Of a stretch of 64,000 nt of DNA, positions 31,020-41,086 are shown piece by piece. A program made the position numbers and the translations under genes. The stretch covers positions 65,705 to 129,704 of the forward strand of contig JAICXJ010000001.1 in NCBI GenBank assembly GCA_025980465.1, read 5' to 3'. Position 1 is the first letter of the stretch, and each line of letters begins with the position of its first letter. The stretch is from Frankiales bacterium. GTDB taxonomy: Bacteria; Actinomycetota; Actinomycetes; JAFAQI01. The notes beneath the pieces were generated by a model. It made no database searches, was not told where the DNA came from, and saw only the letters and a program-made list of their open reading frames with translations.

Positions 31020-32153
31020 TCAGGTCAGGACGGCGTCGGCGATGAGGTCGTTGAGGTAGCGCTCGTCCCAGTTGTTCAGTTGCAATGACTTCGCGCGGCG
31101 GAAGAAGAGCTGGATGTCGAACTCCACGGTGAATCCATTGCCACCGAAGATCTGTACGCCGGTCGCGGTCACCTTGCGGTAGGTCTGACAGGCGTAGCTC
31201 TTCGCCATCGGAGCGAGGGTCACGATCGAGCGACCTTCCGATCGCGCCCAGGCTGCTTCCCAGGCCAGTGTTTGCGCGCCGTCGACAGCAGTCGCCGCAT
31301 CGGCGAGATAGTGCGACAGAGCCTGGAAGGCGGCGAGCGGCTTGTCGAACTGCTCACGTGTCTTCGCGTAGTCGACCGTGAGTTCGAGCGCGGCGCGGGC
31401 TCCGCCGGCCGCCTGGGCGGCGATCAAGACAATTGCGTCGAGCATCGTCTCTCGCCAGGCGGTCCACGCCGCACCGGACGCGTGCACGATGGCATCGGCG
31501 CCGACCGCGACGTTGTCGAACTCGACCCGGAACTGCGTGTCGGAGGCAACGGTCAGTTGTTGGGTCAGCGTCACCCCGGGCGCCGCGCTGTCCACGATGA
31601 CCGCGATGACGCCGTCACCCTCCCGTCCGGAGTCGGTCCGGGCGAGCACGATCAGCGCGCCGGCAGCCGCCGCAAACGGCACGTGCTGCTTCGTGCCGGA
31701 CAGCCGCCAGCCGTCGCCATCGGCAGTTGCGCGCAGCGAGATACCAGACGCCGAGAAGCTGCCGCCCGGCTCGAGTGAAGCGACCGAGAGGACGGCCTCG
31801 CCGTTGGCGATCTTGGGAAGCCAACTGCGCTTCAGTGATTCATCGCTCGATCGACCGATCAGACCTGCGGCGAGCACCGCACTGACGAAGTGCGGGCTGG
31901 CGACAAGACTGCGGCCGAACTCTTCATAGACCACTGCGGCGTCGATCATCGACATGCCGCTCCCGCCGTACTCCTCGTCGATGAGCAAGCCCAGCAGGCC
32001 CTGCTCGGCGAACTGGGTCCACAGCGACGGTGGGTAGCCGATCGGATCGTTCTCGAGCTTGCGTACGACGTCGAGGCCACAGTGGCGCTCACAGGTACGT
32101 CGCACGGTGTCGCGCAGGAGATCCTGCTCGGAGGTGAAGTCCAGATCCATCAA
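31020..32153 (-). CDS. acyl-CoA dehydrogenase (ChsE-type subunit)
   Basis: ACAD fold. Last gene of the ACAD-CoA-transferase-hydratase operon. Confidence 0.8.
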   Translation of the reverse strand: MMDLDFTSEQDLLRDTVRRTCERHCGLDVVRKLENDPIGYPPSLWTQFAEQGLLGLLIDEEYGGSGMSMIDAAVVYEEFGRSLVASPHFVSAVLAAGLIGRSSDESLKRSWLPKIANGEAVLSVASLEPGGSFSASGISLRATADGDGWRLSGTKQHVPFAAAAGALIVLARTDSGREGDGVIAVIVDSAAPGVTLTQQLTVASDTQFRVEFDNVAVGADAIVHASGAAWTAWRETMLDAIVLIAAQAAGGARAALELTVDYAKTREQFDKPLAAFQALSHYLADAATAVDGAQTLAWEAAWARSEGRSIVTLAPMAKSYACQTYRKVTATGVQIFGGNGFTVEFDIQLFFRRAKSLQLNNWDERYLNDLIADAVLT

Positions 32154-32162
32154 TGATCTCCG

Positions 32163-32654
32163 TTACGGTTTCCAGGCTTCGCCACGGCGAGACCAGGGAT
32201 TGTCGTCGGGTGACACCGGCACCGCGATCCGACCGGTGCAGGTGGTGCACAGCTTCTCGCCGACCTTCAGGGCGATGTCGACGCCCACCCAGCCGCAGCC
32301 GACATCGTCGGTGTCGGCTGACGTCACGGCGGCGGTGAACACCATCGTGTCGCCGGGGAAGATCGAGTCGATCATCCGGAACGAGAGCCGACCGAGCCGA
32401 CCGGTCGGCCCCGTCCAATCGGTGAGGTAGCGCTCGAACCAGGCGAGCTGATTGGGCGAGTTCAAGAAGATGTCCTTGACGCCGTTGCGCTGGGTGGCGA
32501 ATTGGTAGTCGTGGTGCTGCGGCCGGGTGTCGCGCGTCGCGAGTGCCCCGACCACCACCGTCGTCGCCGTCACGTCGTAGGACAACGGCGGCAGCTCGTC
32601 ACCGACCGCGATGTCGGAGAGGACGAGCCGCTTTGCAATCGTCGGCGCGCTCAC
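32163..32654 (-). CDS. MaoC-like (R)-specific enoyl-CoA hydratase, ChsH1-like
   Basis: Hotdog MaoC dehydratase motifs. GTG start at 32654 chosen; the ORF track extends to 32774 through a Gly-rich low-complexity region. Confidence 0.65.
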   Translation of the reverse strand: MSAPTIAKRLVLSDIAVGDELPPLSYDVTATTVVVGALATRDTRPQHHDYQFATQRNGVKDIFLNSPNQLAWFERYLTDWTGPTGRLGRLSFRMIDSIFPGDTMVFTAAVTSADTDDVGCGWVGVDIALKVGEKLCTTCTGRIAVPVSPDDNPWSRRGEAWKP

Positions 32655-32691
32655 ACGTCCACCGCCGTACCCGCCACCCACATTCGGACTT

Positions 32692-33213
32692 TCATTCCTG
32701 GCCCTTCCGGTAGCCAAAGCCGGTCCACGATTCGACCCCGACCAGATCACCGCGCTGGTTGCGGTACTCGACATCGATGACCCAGAACCGGCCGGTGCCC
32801 AGCTTGGTCTTCTTCTCCGAACTCACCGACCGCAGTCGTTGGCAGGTCGAGAGCAGATCACCGGGGCGGACCGGCTCGTGGAAGATCGTGGTGTTGTCGC
32901 TCATGACGGCCTCAGGCAGGTTGAGCTTCTCCTTCAAGTCGAAATGCACCTGCAGCGGCAGCTTCTGCTTGTCCAGGCCAGGTTGCCAGTGGTGCGGCCG
33001 GAACCAGGTCGAGAGCATCGAGGGCGCAGCGATCGGTCCATCGGTCAGCTCCGCGGCAACCTCGTCGTCCCAGAACAGCGGGTTGCCGTTCTCGACCGAG
33101 GCGCATGCGGTCCAGATGTAGCCGCGCTCGACCGGGAAGTCACCGGTCTCGTCGTACTGCGGTACGTCGATCAGCGCGCTGATCTCTCCCGGCAGATCAT
33201 CGCTCACGTCCAC
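32692..33213 (-). CDS. hotdog-fold protein, ChsH2-like N-terminal domain (no fused DUF35)
   Basis: Resembles the N-terminal MaoC-like half of ChsH2. The DUF35 module is encoded separately near cyp125. Confidence 0.6.
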   Translation of the reverse strand: MDVSDDLPGEISALIDVPQYDETGDFPVERGYIWTACASVENGNPLFWDDEVAAELTDGPIAAPSMLSTWFRPHHWQPGLDKQKLPLQVHFDLKEKLNLPEAVMSDNTTIFHEPVRPGDLLSTCQRLRSVSSEKKTKLGTGRFWVIDVEYRNQRGDLVGVESWTGFGYRKGQE

Positions 33214-33259
33214 CTCCGCACCCAGAACTCAACGGCGGTGCGAGCGCCGGCGCTCGTTG

Positions 33260-34420
33260 TCAATTGATGACTCCCTCGTGACGCAATCCAGCGATCTCGT
33301 CGGTGGTGAGGCCGGCCGCCGCAAGGACCTCGTCGGTGTCGGTCCGCGAGCGGTCCGGCAGGTGGTACGTGTCGGCGCGCTCGGCTCCGGCGAGCAAGGG
33401 CGCAAGCTGCCGGAACGGCTCAGCGTCAGCAGGGCAACCGGTCGCGAGCAGACCGCGATCGGCGAGCGCGGGATCGGCGGCAGCCTCCGCCGCTGTCAGC
33501 ACCGCGGAGACACAGGTGTCGGCCGGCGCGAGCTCGGCAACCCACTGATCGCGAGGCTTGGTGGCGATGACCGCGGCGACCTTGCGGCGTACCTCGTCCT
33601 GAACAGCCCGGTCCATCTGTACCTCGATGTAGTCGGGGAGGCCGATCAGGTTGCAGAAGTTCGCCCAGAACTTCGCCTCGATCGCGGCCACCGCGATCCA
33701 GCCGCCGTCGCTGCAGCGATAGGTGTCGTAGCAGGCGTAGCTGCCCTCGAGCGGCGCACTTCCCGGCGCCTGTTCGTTGCCGGTCGCGAGGACGTCGTCG
33801 ATCTGCAGCGACATCAGCGCGAGGATGCCATCGGCGACGGCGACGTCGAGGTAGGCGCCTTCACCGGTGCGACTGCGCGCCACGAGTGCGGCGAGGATCG
33901 ACATCACGGCCTGCATGCCGCCACCTGCGCTGTCGGCGATGGTCGCGCCCGGCAGTGCGGGCTTACCGTCCTCGGCGCGCTCGCCAGTTGCCAGGAATCC
34001 GCTGACCGCCAGGTAGTTGAGGTCGTGACCGGCCCACTGGCCGCGAGGTCCGCTCTGGCCGTAGCCGCTCGTCGAGCAGTAGATGATTCCGGCGTTGCGA
34101 CCTTTCACGTCGTCGTAGCCGATGCCCAGCCTGCCGACGACGCCGGGACGGAAGCTTTCGATGATCACGTCCGCCGTCTCGGCAAGGCGCAAGAACGTCT
34201 CACGTCCAGCAGCCGCCTTCAGATCGAGTTGGATCCGGCGGGTGCCGCGACCACCGCTGTAGAGATGTGGCTTCGGCGTGATCTGGGTGGCGGCGTCGCG
34301 CGGCATCGGCGAGATCTTGATCACCGTCGCGCCGTAGTCGGCGAGCCAACCCGACGCCCGCACCGCCGGCCCGACACTTGCCAGGTCGAGCACGGTGACG
34401 CCGTCGAGGAGTCCAGGCAT
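33260..34420 (-). CDS. CaiB/BaiF family III CoA-transferase
   Basis: Family III CoA-transferase signature with GxxGP region and catalytic Asp context. Confidence 0.85.
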   Translation of the reverse strand: MPGLLDGVTVLDLASVGPAVRASGWLADYGATVIKISPMPRDAATQITPKPHLYSGGRGTRRIQLDLKAAAGRETFLRLAETADVIIESFRPGVVGRLGIGYDDVKGRNAGIIYCSTSGYGQSGPRGQWAGHDLNYLAVSGFLATGERAEDGKPALPGATIADSAGGGMQAVMSILAALVARSRTGEGAYLDVAVADGILALMSLQIDDVLATGNEQAPGSAPLEGSYACYDTYRCSDGGWIAVAAIEAKFWANFCNLIGLPDYIEVQMDRAVQDEVRRKVAAVIATKPRDQWVAELAPADTCVSAVLTAAEAAADPALADRGLLATGCPADAEPFRQLAPLLAGAERADTYHLPDRSRTDTDEVLAAAGLTTDEIAGLRHEGVIN

Positions 34421-34457
34421 CGGTCAGAAGTTCTCCGTCATCAGAAGCTCTCTGTCT

Positions 34458-35639
34458 TCAGAAGTTCTTGGGCAGCCCGAGCTTGCGCCGGGCGATGATG
34501 TTCTTCTGCACTTCCGACGTACCACCGCCGATGGTGTCGAGCACGGTATAGCGGTACGTCGACTCGGCGCGGCCATTCATCGGCGCGTCTTTGGTGCCGA
34601 CCCGCAGCTGCGTGCCCGGCCCGGGCAGGTCCATCGAGGCGTCGGCGAGCACCTTCGAGAACTCCGTCGCGAACAGCTTGTACTCGCTCGCCTCCGCGGT
34701 CGGCGCCGCGCCGCCCTTCTGCGACTTCGCCAGGAACCGGAAGCCCAGCATGCGTGCCACCTCGGCCTGGGTGACGAGTGCGGCGATGCGCGAGCGCACA
34801 AGCGGGTCGTCGCGTAGTGGCTGACCGTCGATGGTTGCGGTCTTGACGTGATTGATCAGCAGGTCGAGCCGGGCCAGCATCGGCGAGATCGTGAACATCG
34901 TGAACCGTTCGAGGTCGAGTGCCTCGGAGATGTACTGGAAGCCGCGCCCCGGCTCGCCGACGATGTAGTCGTTCGACACCCGGACGTCGTCGAAGAACAC
35001 CGAGTTCGTCCGCTCGTCGCCCATGGTCCAGATTTCCTGGATCGTCAGACCTGGGTGATCCATCGGGATCAGGAACAGCGTGATGCCGCTGTGCTTCGGC
35101 AGCTCCGGGTGGGTGCGGGCGCCGACCCAGTACCAGTCGGCGAAGTGCGCTGAGGTGGTCCAGATCTTCTGCCCGTTGAGCACCCACTCGTCGCCGTCGC
35201 GAACCGCCTGGAGCTGCATCGCCGCGGCGTCGCTGCCCGCCCCTGGCTCGCTGTATCCGACCGCGAACTCGATCTCGGCGTTGAGGATCTTGGGCAGGAA
35301 CTCGGCCTTCAGCTTCTCGCTGCCGTGGCGCAGGATCGTCTTGCCGACGATGCCGACACCCTTGCCGATCTGCGGTCCCCCTCGCTTTGCGAGGGCCTCG
35401 TTGAGCAGATATTCGTAGACGCCGTCGCTGTCCTTGCCGCCGTACTCGACCGGCCAGGTGATGCCGAACCAGCCCTTCTCGGCCATCTTCTTCATGAAGG
35501 CGCGCCGCTCGGGAGTGTCGACGATCTGGGCCATGTTCTCGCGAGTCGGATCGAACACGTCGGGGTCGTGATTGGCGTCGAGGAACTCCTCGACCTCGGC
35601 GAGAAAGGCCCGCTGATCGGCGGTGAACTCGAAGTCCAT
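34458..35639 (-). CDS. acyl-CoA dehydrogenase (ChsE1/ChsE4-like)
   Basis: YSEPGAGSDAAAM and GGGTSEVQKN. Confidence 0.85.
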   Translation of the reverse strand: MDFEFTADQRAFLAEVEEFLDANHDPDVFDPTRENMAQIVDTPERRAFMKKMAEKGWFGITWPVEYGGKDSDGVYEYLLNEALAKRGGPQIGKGVGIVGKTILRHGSEKLKAEFLPKILNAEIEFAVGYSEPGAGSDAAAMQLQAVRDGDEWVLNGQKIWTTSAHFADWYWVGARTHPELPKHSGITLFLIPMDHPGLTIQEIWTMGDERTNSVFFDDVRVSNDYIVGEPGRGFQYISEALDLERFTMFTISPMLARLDLLINHVKTATIDGQPLRDDPLVRSRIAALVTQAEVARMLGFRFLAKSQKGGAAPTAEASEYKLFATEFSKVLADASMDLPGPGTQLRVGTKDAPMNGRAESTYRYTVLDTIGGGTSEVQKNIIARRKLGLPKNF

Positions 35640-35659
35640 GGACCCACTGTAGCCAGAAT

Positions 35660-35674
35660 CTGACGGGTCGTCAG
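35660..35674. promoter_or_regulatory. Palindromic operator CTGACGGgTCGTCAG (copy 5)
   Basis: In the divergent ACAD/ACAD intergenic region. Shares the extended flank CGTCAGATTTGGCC with the copy at 41018. Confidence 0.55.
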
Positions 35675-35729
35675 ATTTGGCCTCCGGGCCGACGAGAGGC
35701 GACCCCCGGCGCCGCTACGATCGCGCTCG

Positions 35730-36740
35730 ATGGACTTCACCTTCACGCCCGACCAGCAGGATCTGCGGCGGATGTTGCGCGACATCGCCGAGGATCACTG
35801 CACTCCGGAACGGGTCAGGTCGGCGATCGACTCGAGCGACGGGTACGACGCCGCGCTGTGGCGGCTGGTTTGCGAAGACGTCGGTCTGGTCTCGATTGCG
35901 GTGCCCGAATCCGCTGGGGGAGCGGGCGGATCGTTCGTCGACGCCGCGATCGTCCTGGAGGAGTCCGGCCGTGGCCTGTGGCCGGTGCCGCTGCTGGTGA
36001 ACCTCGTCGTGGCGGCGGTGGCGCCGGGCAGCGGTAGCGCTGCGCTCGTGGTCGGCACGGACGTTGCGGCGAGGGGAAATTCCCTCGCCGGGATCGGGTC
36101 GCACGTCATCGACGGCCACCGGGCGCAACGGTTGGTCGTCGCCACCTCGGGCGGGCTGTGGTCGGTGGCTGCCGATGCACGCGGCGTGTCCGTGGCGGGG
36201 TCTCGAAGCCTCGACCTGACTCGCTGGCTCGCGACCGTCGAGTTCGCTGATGCCGAGGCGGAGCGGATCGGCGACGCCGCTGCCGCGGCACGCGCTGTCG
36301 ACGTGTGTCGAGTCGCGCTCGCCGTCGAGGCAGTCGGTGCGGCGCGGCACTGCCTGGAGGCGACGGTGGACTATCTCAAGACTCGCGAACAGTTCGGCAA
36401 GCCGATCGGGTCGTTCCAGGCGCTCGCTCACCGGGCTGCTGATCTCGCCGTGATGGTGGAGGCAGCCACGTCCACGGCGTACTACGCCGCATGGGCGGTC
36501 GCGGACTCGCCAGCCGAGCTTCCGGTCGTCGCGCCGCTAGCCAAGTCGGTGTGCGCTGACGCGTTCGTCCGCATTGCCGGCGAGACCATCCAGATGCACG
36601 GCGGGATCGGGTTCACCTGGGAGCACGACGCCCACCTCTACTTCAAACGCGCAACCTTGACCCAGGCGCTGCTCGGCGACGCCCATGTCCAGCGACGGCT
36701 CGTCGCGACGCGGGCCGGGATCGCCGAGCCAAGCCGCTAG
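35730..36740 (+). CDS. acyl-CoA dehydrogenase (partner/beta-type subunit)
   Basis: ACAD C-terminal domain conserved (IQMHGGIGFTWEHDAHLYFKRA). N-terminal FAD motifs are degenerate. Confidence 0.75.
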   Translation: MDFTFTPDQQDLRRMLRDIAEDHCTPERVRSAIDSSDGYDAALWRLVCEDVGLVSIAVPESAGGAGGSFVDAAIVLEESGRGLWPVPLLVNLVVAAVAPGSGSAALVVGTDVAARGNSLAGIGSHVIDGHRAQRLVVATSGGLWSVAADARGVSVAGSRSLDLTRWLATVEFADAEAERIGDAAAAARAVDVCRVALAVEAVGAARHCLEATVDYLKTREQFGKPIGSFQALAHRAADLAVMVEAATSTAYYAAWAVADSPAELPVVAPLAKSVCADAFVRIAGETIQMHGGIGFTWEHDAHLYFKRATLTQALLGDAHVQRRLVATRAGIAEPSR

Positions 36741-36850
36741 CAGGTCGCGGCGACAGTTCTGGACCGGTGTCCACGGGGGCAGGCTGTGGATACTTTTCCT
36801 TATTTTCCAATGACTTTTCGCTCGATTCTGGCTGCGTAGGCGGCTATGAT

Positions 36851-36866
36851 TCGAACATACGTTCGA
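36851..36866. promoter_or_regulatory. LexA (SOS) box TCGAACATACGTTCGA
   Basis: Perfect match to the actinobacterial SOS box TCGAAC-N4-GTTCGA, 33 bp upstream of the DUF222-HNH gene. Confidence 0.75.
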
Positions 36867-36898
36867 TCCGCTGGTCGAGGGTGGGTTGACGGAAGTGG

Positions 36899-38116
36899 GT
36901 GAGGGAAGTGCGGGCAGCTCAGGCGGTGCTTGAAGCGGTCAGGGCTGCCTCGGCCGTTGACCCGCATGCCACCCCGGACGAGCCGCTTCTCGACGACCTC
37001 GAAGCCTTGCTGGAAGCTCGCCGTCGCCTCGACGGACATTTGGTGAGACTGCTTCAGTCCGCGCACAGCCGAGACGTGACCGCGGACCTTCGAGGCAAGA
37101 ACACCAAGTGGTGGTTGATCGCCGAGCAGCGGCTTGCCGGCGCCGATGCGTCCCGGCTGATGAAGGTCGCGACCGCGCTGCCCGCCCGCCCGGCCATCGC
37201 GGACGCCCTCGCCGAAGGCCACATCAGTGTCGACCACGCTGCCCCGATCGTTGCGACCGTGGCGAAGCTGCACCCGCAAGACAAGGACCTCTCCGAGAAG
37301 ATTCTTGTCGAGGCCTCGCACGGGTTGGACCCCGACCTGATCCGCAGATTGTGCGTGAAGACCCTCGATGCCGCTGCCGCTGGGGAGAGCGCGGAGGAAC
37401 GACGGGAACGTGTGCATGGCTCCCGGTACCTGAATCTGCTCGACACCTGGCAGGGCATGACTCGCATCGAGGGGATGCTCACGGCCGAGCAAGGTGCGTC
37501 GCTTCGCGCCGTTCTCGAACCACTCGCCCAGCATCTCGGCCCCGAAGACGACCGCAGCGGCGTCCAGCGCCGCGCCGACGCACTCGCTGCGCTTGCCGGC
37601 GCGGCACTCGGCTTCGACAACTTGCTTCCGGACTTCAACGGCGAGCAGCCACATGTCAACGCGGTCATGCAGTACGCCCCGCTCCTCGACGCGCTTCGCC
37701 CATTCGCCGACAAGCCGGTGACCGATGACGGCGGTTTCACCATCAACGGCACCGAGGTGTCGCCTGCGACTGCGCGGATGCTCGCGTGCGACGCGCAGGT
37801 CATCCCGGTGGTGATGCGCGGCGACAGCGAAGTCCTCGACATCGGCCGCGCCAGCCGGGTCTGGCCACGAGCGATCCGCAAAGCGCTGCAGCTTGAGGAC
37901 AACGGCTGCGGCTGGCCTGGCTGCCGACTGCCGTTGTGGGCTTGCCGGATCCATCACCTGGCGTGGTGGGAACGCGATCACGGACCTACCTCGAAGCACA
38001 ACGGCGTGCATCTTTGCCGCTTCCACCATTGGTTGGTCCACAACAAGCCGTGGATGATCTGGCGCAACGAGGCCGGACTAATCGAAGTCGCCCGCGGCCG
38101 GATCAGCCGAACGTGA
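36899..38116 (+). CDS. DUF222 + HNH endonuclease-domain protein (REP13E12-like family)
   Basis: C-terminal HNH motif (CGWPGC...HHLAWWERDHGPTSKHNGVHLCRFHH). N-terminal DUF222. AT-richer leader. Confidence 0.85.
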   Translation: MREVRAAQAVLEAVRAASAVDPHATPDEPLLDDLEALLEARRRLDGHLVRLLQSAHSRDVTADLRGKNTKWWLIAEQRLAGADASRLMKVATALPARPAIADALAEGHISVDHAAPIVATVAKLHPQDKDLSEKILVEASHGLDPDLIRRLCVKTLDAAAAGESAEERRERVHGSRYLNLLDTWQGMTRIEGMLTAEQGASLRAVLEPLAQHLGPEDDRSGVQRRADALAALAGAALGFDNLLPDFNGEQPHVNAVMQYAPLLDALRPFADKPVTDDGGFTINGTEVSPATARMLACDAQVIPVVMRGDSEVLDIGRASRVWPRAIRKALQLEDNGCGWPGCRLPLWACRIHHLAWWERDHGPTSKHNGVHLCRFHHWLVHNKPWMIWRNEAGLIEVARGRISRT

Positions 38117-38210
38117 AGGCTTTGCTCCTTCGAATCGTGCGGACTACAGCTCGCGACACAGCACGCTCACGCGGACGGATGCCCATACGCCGGCGCTAAC
38201 CCCAGGTTCG

Positions 38211-39872
38211 TCAGCGGCGGCGGATTCTTCGGTCGCCGAGCACGATGCTGATCAGCAGGTAGGCGCCTCCGACCGCGGCGATGAGGAAGACGACGAACGC
38301 GAGGGCTGGGTATCCAGCGACCCTCGCCGACGTGTGCACCCGCGTGAGCAGAGCCGCACCGATGATGAGGGCGGCAAGGATCAGCCCGGTCGCCATGCGA
38401 TTCGCGACTCGATGCAGTCCGCGCAGTAACTCGCCCTCGTCGAACGCGTCGACCTTGATCTCGAATCGGCCGTCGCTGAGCACGTCCATCACGCGGTTGA
38501 CTCGGCCGGGCAGCTTCTCGGCGAACTCCTTGGCGTCCATCGCGGCGCTGACCATGCCGGACAGCGTCGGTCGGCTGGCTTGGCCGAGCAGGACCATCCC
38601 GCGCTCGCGCACGACCTCCACCGGTGCGATCTGTGGGTCGAGCTTGCGCGCCACCATGTCGAGGTTCAGCAGCGCCTTGCCCACCATCGACAGCTCCGGC
38701 GGCGGCCGGAGGCCCGCCGCCGCGCACGCGCGGGTCAGGTCGAGTACGACGTGGCCGACGTCGAGCTGTTCCAATGTGTTGTCGCCGGCGCGGTCGACCA
38801 GCTCAGCAATGTCCGCATCGAACGACCGCTCGTCGACCTCCCCGGGCGGGCTCTCGCACATGCTGCGCGCGGACTTCGCGACGTCATCGGATCTGCCATC
38901 GCTCAATGCCACGAGCAGCCGGATCAGCTGGTCTCGAAGCGCCGGTGGCACCCGGGCCACCATGCCGAGGTCGATGATGCCGATCCGGCCGTCGGGAGTG
39001 AGGATGAGGTTTCCGGGATGCGGGTCGGCATGGAAGAAGCCCTCGACCAGGATCTGATCCAGATACAGATCGAACAGCGCGCGGGCCAACCCCGCTCCGT
39101 CGACGTCGAGGAGTGCGACCGGCGAGACGGCGGTGATCTTCTGCCCGGCGATGTAGTCCATCGTGAGCACGCGGCCGCTGGTCAGGTCATCGAACGGCCG
39201 GGGCACGATCAGGGCGGGATAGCCGGCGGCGATCTCGCTCAGTCGGGTGAGGTGGGCGGCCTCGCGGCGGTAGTCGAGCTCACCGATGAGGGACCGGCGA
39301 AACTGGGCCAGGATGTCGGTGAACCCGAGCAGGCTGCCGGTCCGGGTGTGGCGCTCGAGCCGCTCCGCGATCGACTCGAGCACCTCTAGGTCGTTGAAGA
39401 CCTGCTGCCGGACGCCCGGTCGCTGCACCTTGACGGCGACCCGGGCGCCGTCGCGGGTTACCGCACGATGCACCTGCCCGATCGACGCGGTCGCAAGCGG
39501 CAGCTCGTCGAACTCCGGGAAGATGCGCGGCAGCCGCACGCACAGCTCTTCTTCGACGGTCTGTCTGATCTCCTCGAAGGGGACCGGCTCAAGCGAGTCC
39601 TGCAGCCGGGCGAGCGCGTCGAGATAGGGGGCCGGCAGCAGATCCGCGCGGGTCGAGAGCAGCTGACCGAGCTTGATGAACGTCGGTCCGAGCCGTTCCA
39701 GATCAGCGGCGAGCTCGTCGGCCTCAGCGCGGGTGGCCGGGGTTTCGGCGTCCCGCGCGAGCGTCGTGTCGAGTCCTGCCTGGCGGACGAGATCAGAACG
39801 GCCGTGCTTGATCAGCAGGCGTCCGATCTCGGCGTAGCGCCGCAGATGCGTCGGCGCGGAGGACGCAGTCAT
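38211..39872 (-). CDS. ABC1/UbiB/AarF-family atypical kinase with C-terminal TM segments
   Basis: ABC1 kinase motifs (ASIGQVHRA, HADPHPGN, IIDLG). Confidence 0.85.
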   Translation of the reverse strand: MTASSAPTHLRRYAEIGRLLIKHGRSDLVRQAGLDTTLARDAETPATRAEADELAADLERLGPTFIKLGQLLSTRADLLPAPYLDALARLQDSLEPVPFEEIRQTVEEELCVRLPRIFPEFDELPLATASIGQVHRAVTRDGARVAVKVQRPGVRQQVFNDLEVLESIAERLERHTRTGSLLGFTDILAQFRRSLIGELDYRREAAHLTRLSEIAAGYPALIVPRPFDDLTSGRVLTMDYIAGQKITAVSPVALLDVDGAGLARALFDLYLDQILVEGFFHADPHPGNLILTPDGRIGIIDLGMVARVPPALRDQLIRLLVALSDGRSDDVAKSARSMCESPPGEVDERSFDADIAELVDRAGDNTLEQLDVGHVVLDLTRACAAAGLRPPPELSMVGKALLNLDMVARKLDPQIAPVEVVRERGMVLLGQASRPTLSGMVSAAMDAKEFAEKLPGRVNRVMDVLSDGRFEIKVDAFDEGELLRGLHRVANRMATGLILAALIIGAALLTRVHTSARVAGYPALAFVVFLIAAVGGAYLLISIVLGDRRIRRR

Positions 39873-40017
39873 GCCAGGCACATTCCCCGGCTGACCGGCA
39901 ATTAGCCGTGACCGATCTTCTCATGACGCAGGCACGGTCGCGGCGGCGCTCCGACCAACTTCAAGGCGCGCGCCAGGCAGCGCCCCCGCTCGTGATCTTG
40001 CGCCTACGCTTCGGACG

Positions 40018-40320
40018 ATGAGTACGTATGTCTTCCGGCTCAAAGCCCCTCGGCCGACCTTCGCTCTCGACATGACGGACGAGGAGCGGGAGATCATGGG
40101 TCGCCACGCGGCTCATTGGCGCCCGCGCGTCGAGTCCGGCGAGATGGTGGTGTTCGGCCCGGTGCTCGACAGCACCGGATCGTGGGGGCTCGGGGTCATC
40201 GAAGCCGAGGACGAAGACGAGCTACGCGCATTCGCCGCGGCCGATCCGGTCGTCACAACCAAGACGGCCGAGATCGAGCTGGGCAAGATGCTGGCCGGGT
40301 TCGTGCGCCCGCGCCAATAG
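40018..40320 (+). CDS. YciI-like protein
   Basis: About 100 aa, Dabb/YciI fold signature. Confidence 0.6.
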   Translation: MSTYVFRLKAPRPTFALDMTDEEREIMGRHAAHWRPRVESGEMVVFGPVLDSTGSWGLGVIEAEDEDELRAFAAADPVVTTKTAEIELGKMLAGFVRPRQ

Positions 40321-40364
40321 CCGGCACCACGTCGACGGCTTTCTCGACCAGCTGACCAACCGGC

Positions 40365-40973
40365 TCAGCGTTTCGGCACCTTCGGCCCGGTGACGCCCCA
40401 GTAGATGAGCCGGATCATCGCTTCGCGGACCTCGGCGAAGGAGATGTCCCACGCCTCGAAGCCCATCTGATGCCCGGCCATCTGAGGCAGCATCCCGATC
40501 AGCGCGCCCGCCATCGCCATCGGCTCGACCTCGGCGGCGTCGCCCTGCACCGTCGTGATCTCCGCGGCCAGAGCTTTCGTCATGCCGTTGAGGATCAGGG
40601 TGCGGAGGTGGCGGAACCGCTTGTCGCCCTCGGTCGAGAGCAGGTCGACAACGCGCAGTGTCGGCCGGTGGGTTCGGTAGAAGTCCAGGAAGCCGTCGAC
40701 CAGCGCTTCGGCGCTGTCGACCCCGGCCGGACCGCTCCACGCTCGCTGCGAGATCAACTCGACGAGCCGCTGGCCTTCCTCGACGGTCTGTTCGGCCACT
40801 GCCAGAAGGACGGTCTCGAGATCGACGAAGTACTGGTAGAACGTCGCCGGCGAGGTGCCGGCGGCACGGGTGATGTCGGTGACCTTCAGGTCGCGGTACG
40901 ACGAGGACCCGAGCAGGCCGATCGTGCATTCGACGAGCCGTTGGCGGGTGGCCAGACCGCGACGGCCGGGCAC
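40365..40973 (-). CDS. TetR-family transcriptional regulator (not KstR; candidate binder of the CTGACG-N3-CGTCAG motif)
   Basis: HTH region LKVTDITRAAGTSPATFYQYFVDLETVLL. GTG at 40973 chosen; the ORF track extends to 41627, and an alternative ATG at 41090 overlaps the SDR stop. Confidence 0.7.
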   Translation of the reverse strand: MPGRRGLATRQRLVECTIGLLGSSSYRDLKVTDITRAAGTSPATFYQYFVDLETVLLAVAEQTVEEGQRLVELISQRAWSGPAGVDSAEALVDGFLDFYRTHRPTLRVVDLLSTEGDKRFRHLRTLILNGMTKALAAEITTVQGDAAEVEPMAMAGALIGMLPQMAGHQMGFEAWDISFAEVREAMIRLIYWGVTGPKVPKR

Positions 40974-41017
40974 GCGGCCGTCGACCGCGCGCAGCGCAGC
41001 AACGTCGTGGGGAGTTC

Positions 41018-41032
41018 TTGACGCCCCGTCAG
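41018..41032. promoter_or_regulatory. Palindromic operator TTGACGCcCCGTCAG (copy 6) upstream of the TetR gene
   Basis: Lies 45-59 bp upstream of the proposed TetR GTG start. Identical to the copy at 5546. Confidence 0.55.
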
Positions 41033-41086
41033 ATTTGGCCACGATCGCGATCGTAACGGGTGGTCCCGCCAGGCATGTGATGACGC

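Noticed and set aside
36899-38116. DUF222-HNH gene as a transposon or insertion sequence.
   Set aside because: No transposase, inverted terminal repeats or target-site duplication was visible. The family is better viewed as an SOS-regulated HNH nuclease gene, possibly of mobile-element origin.
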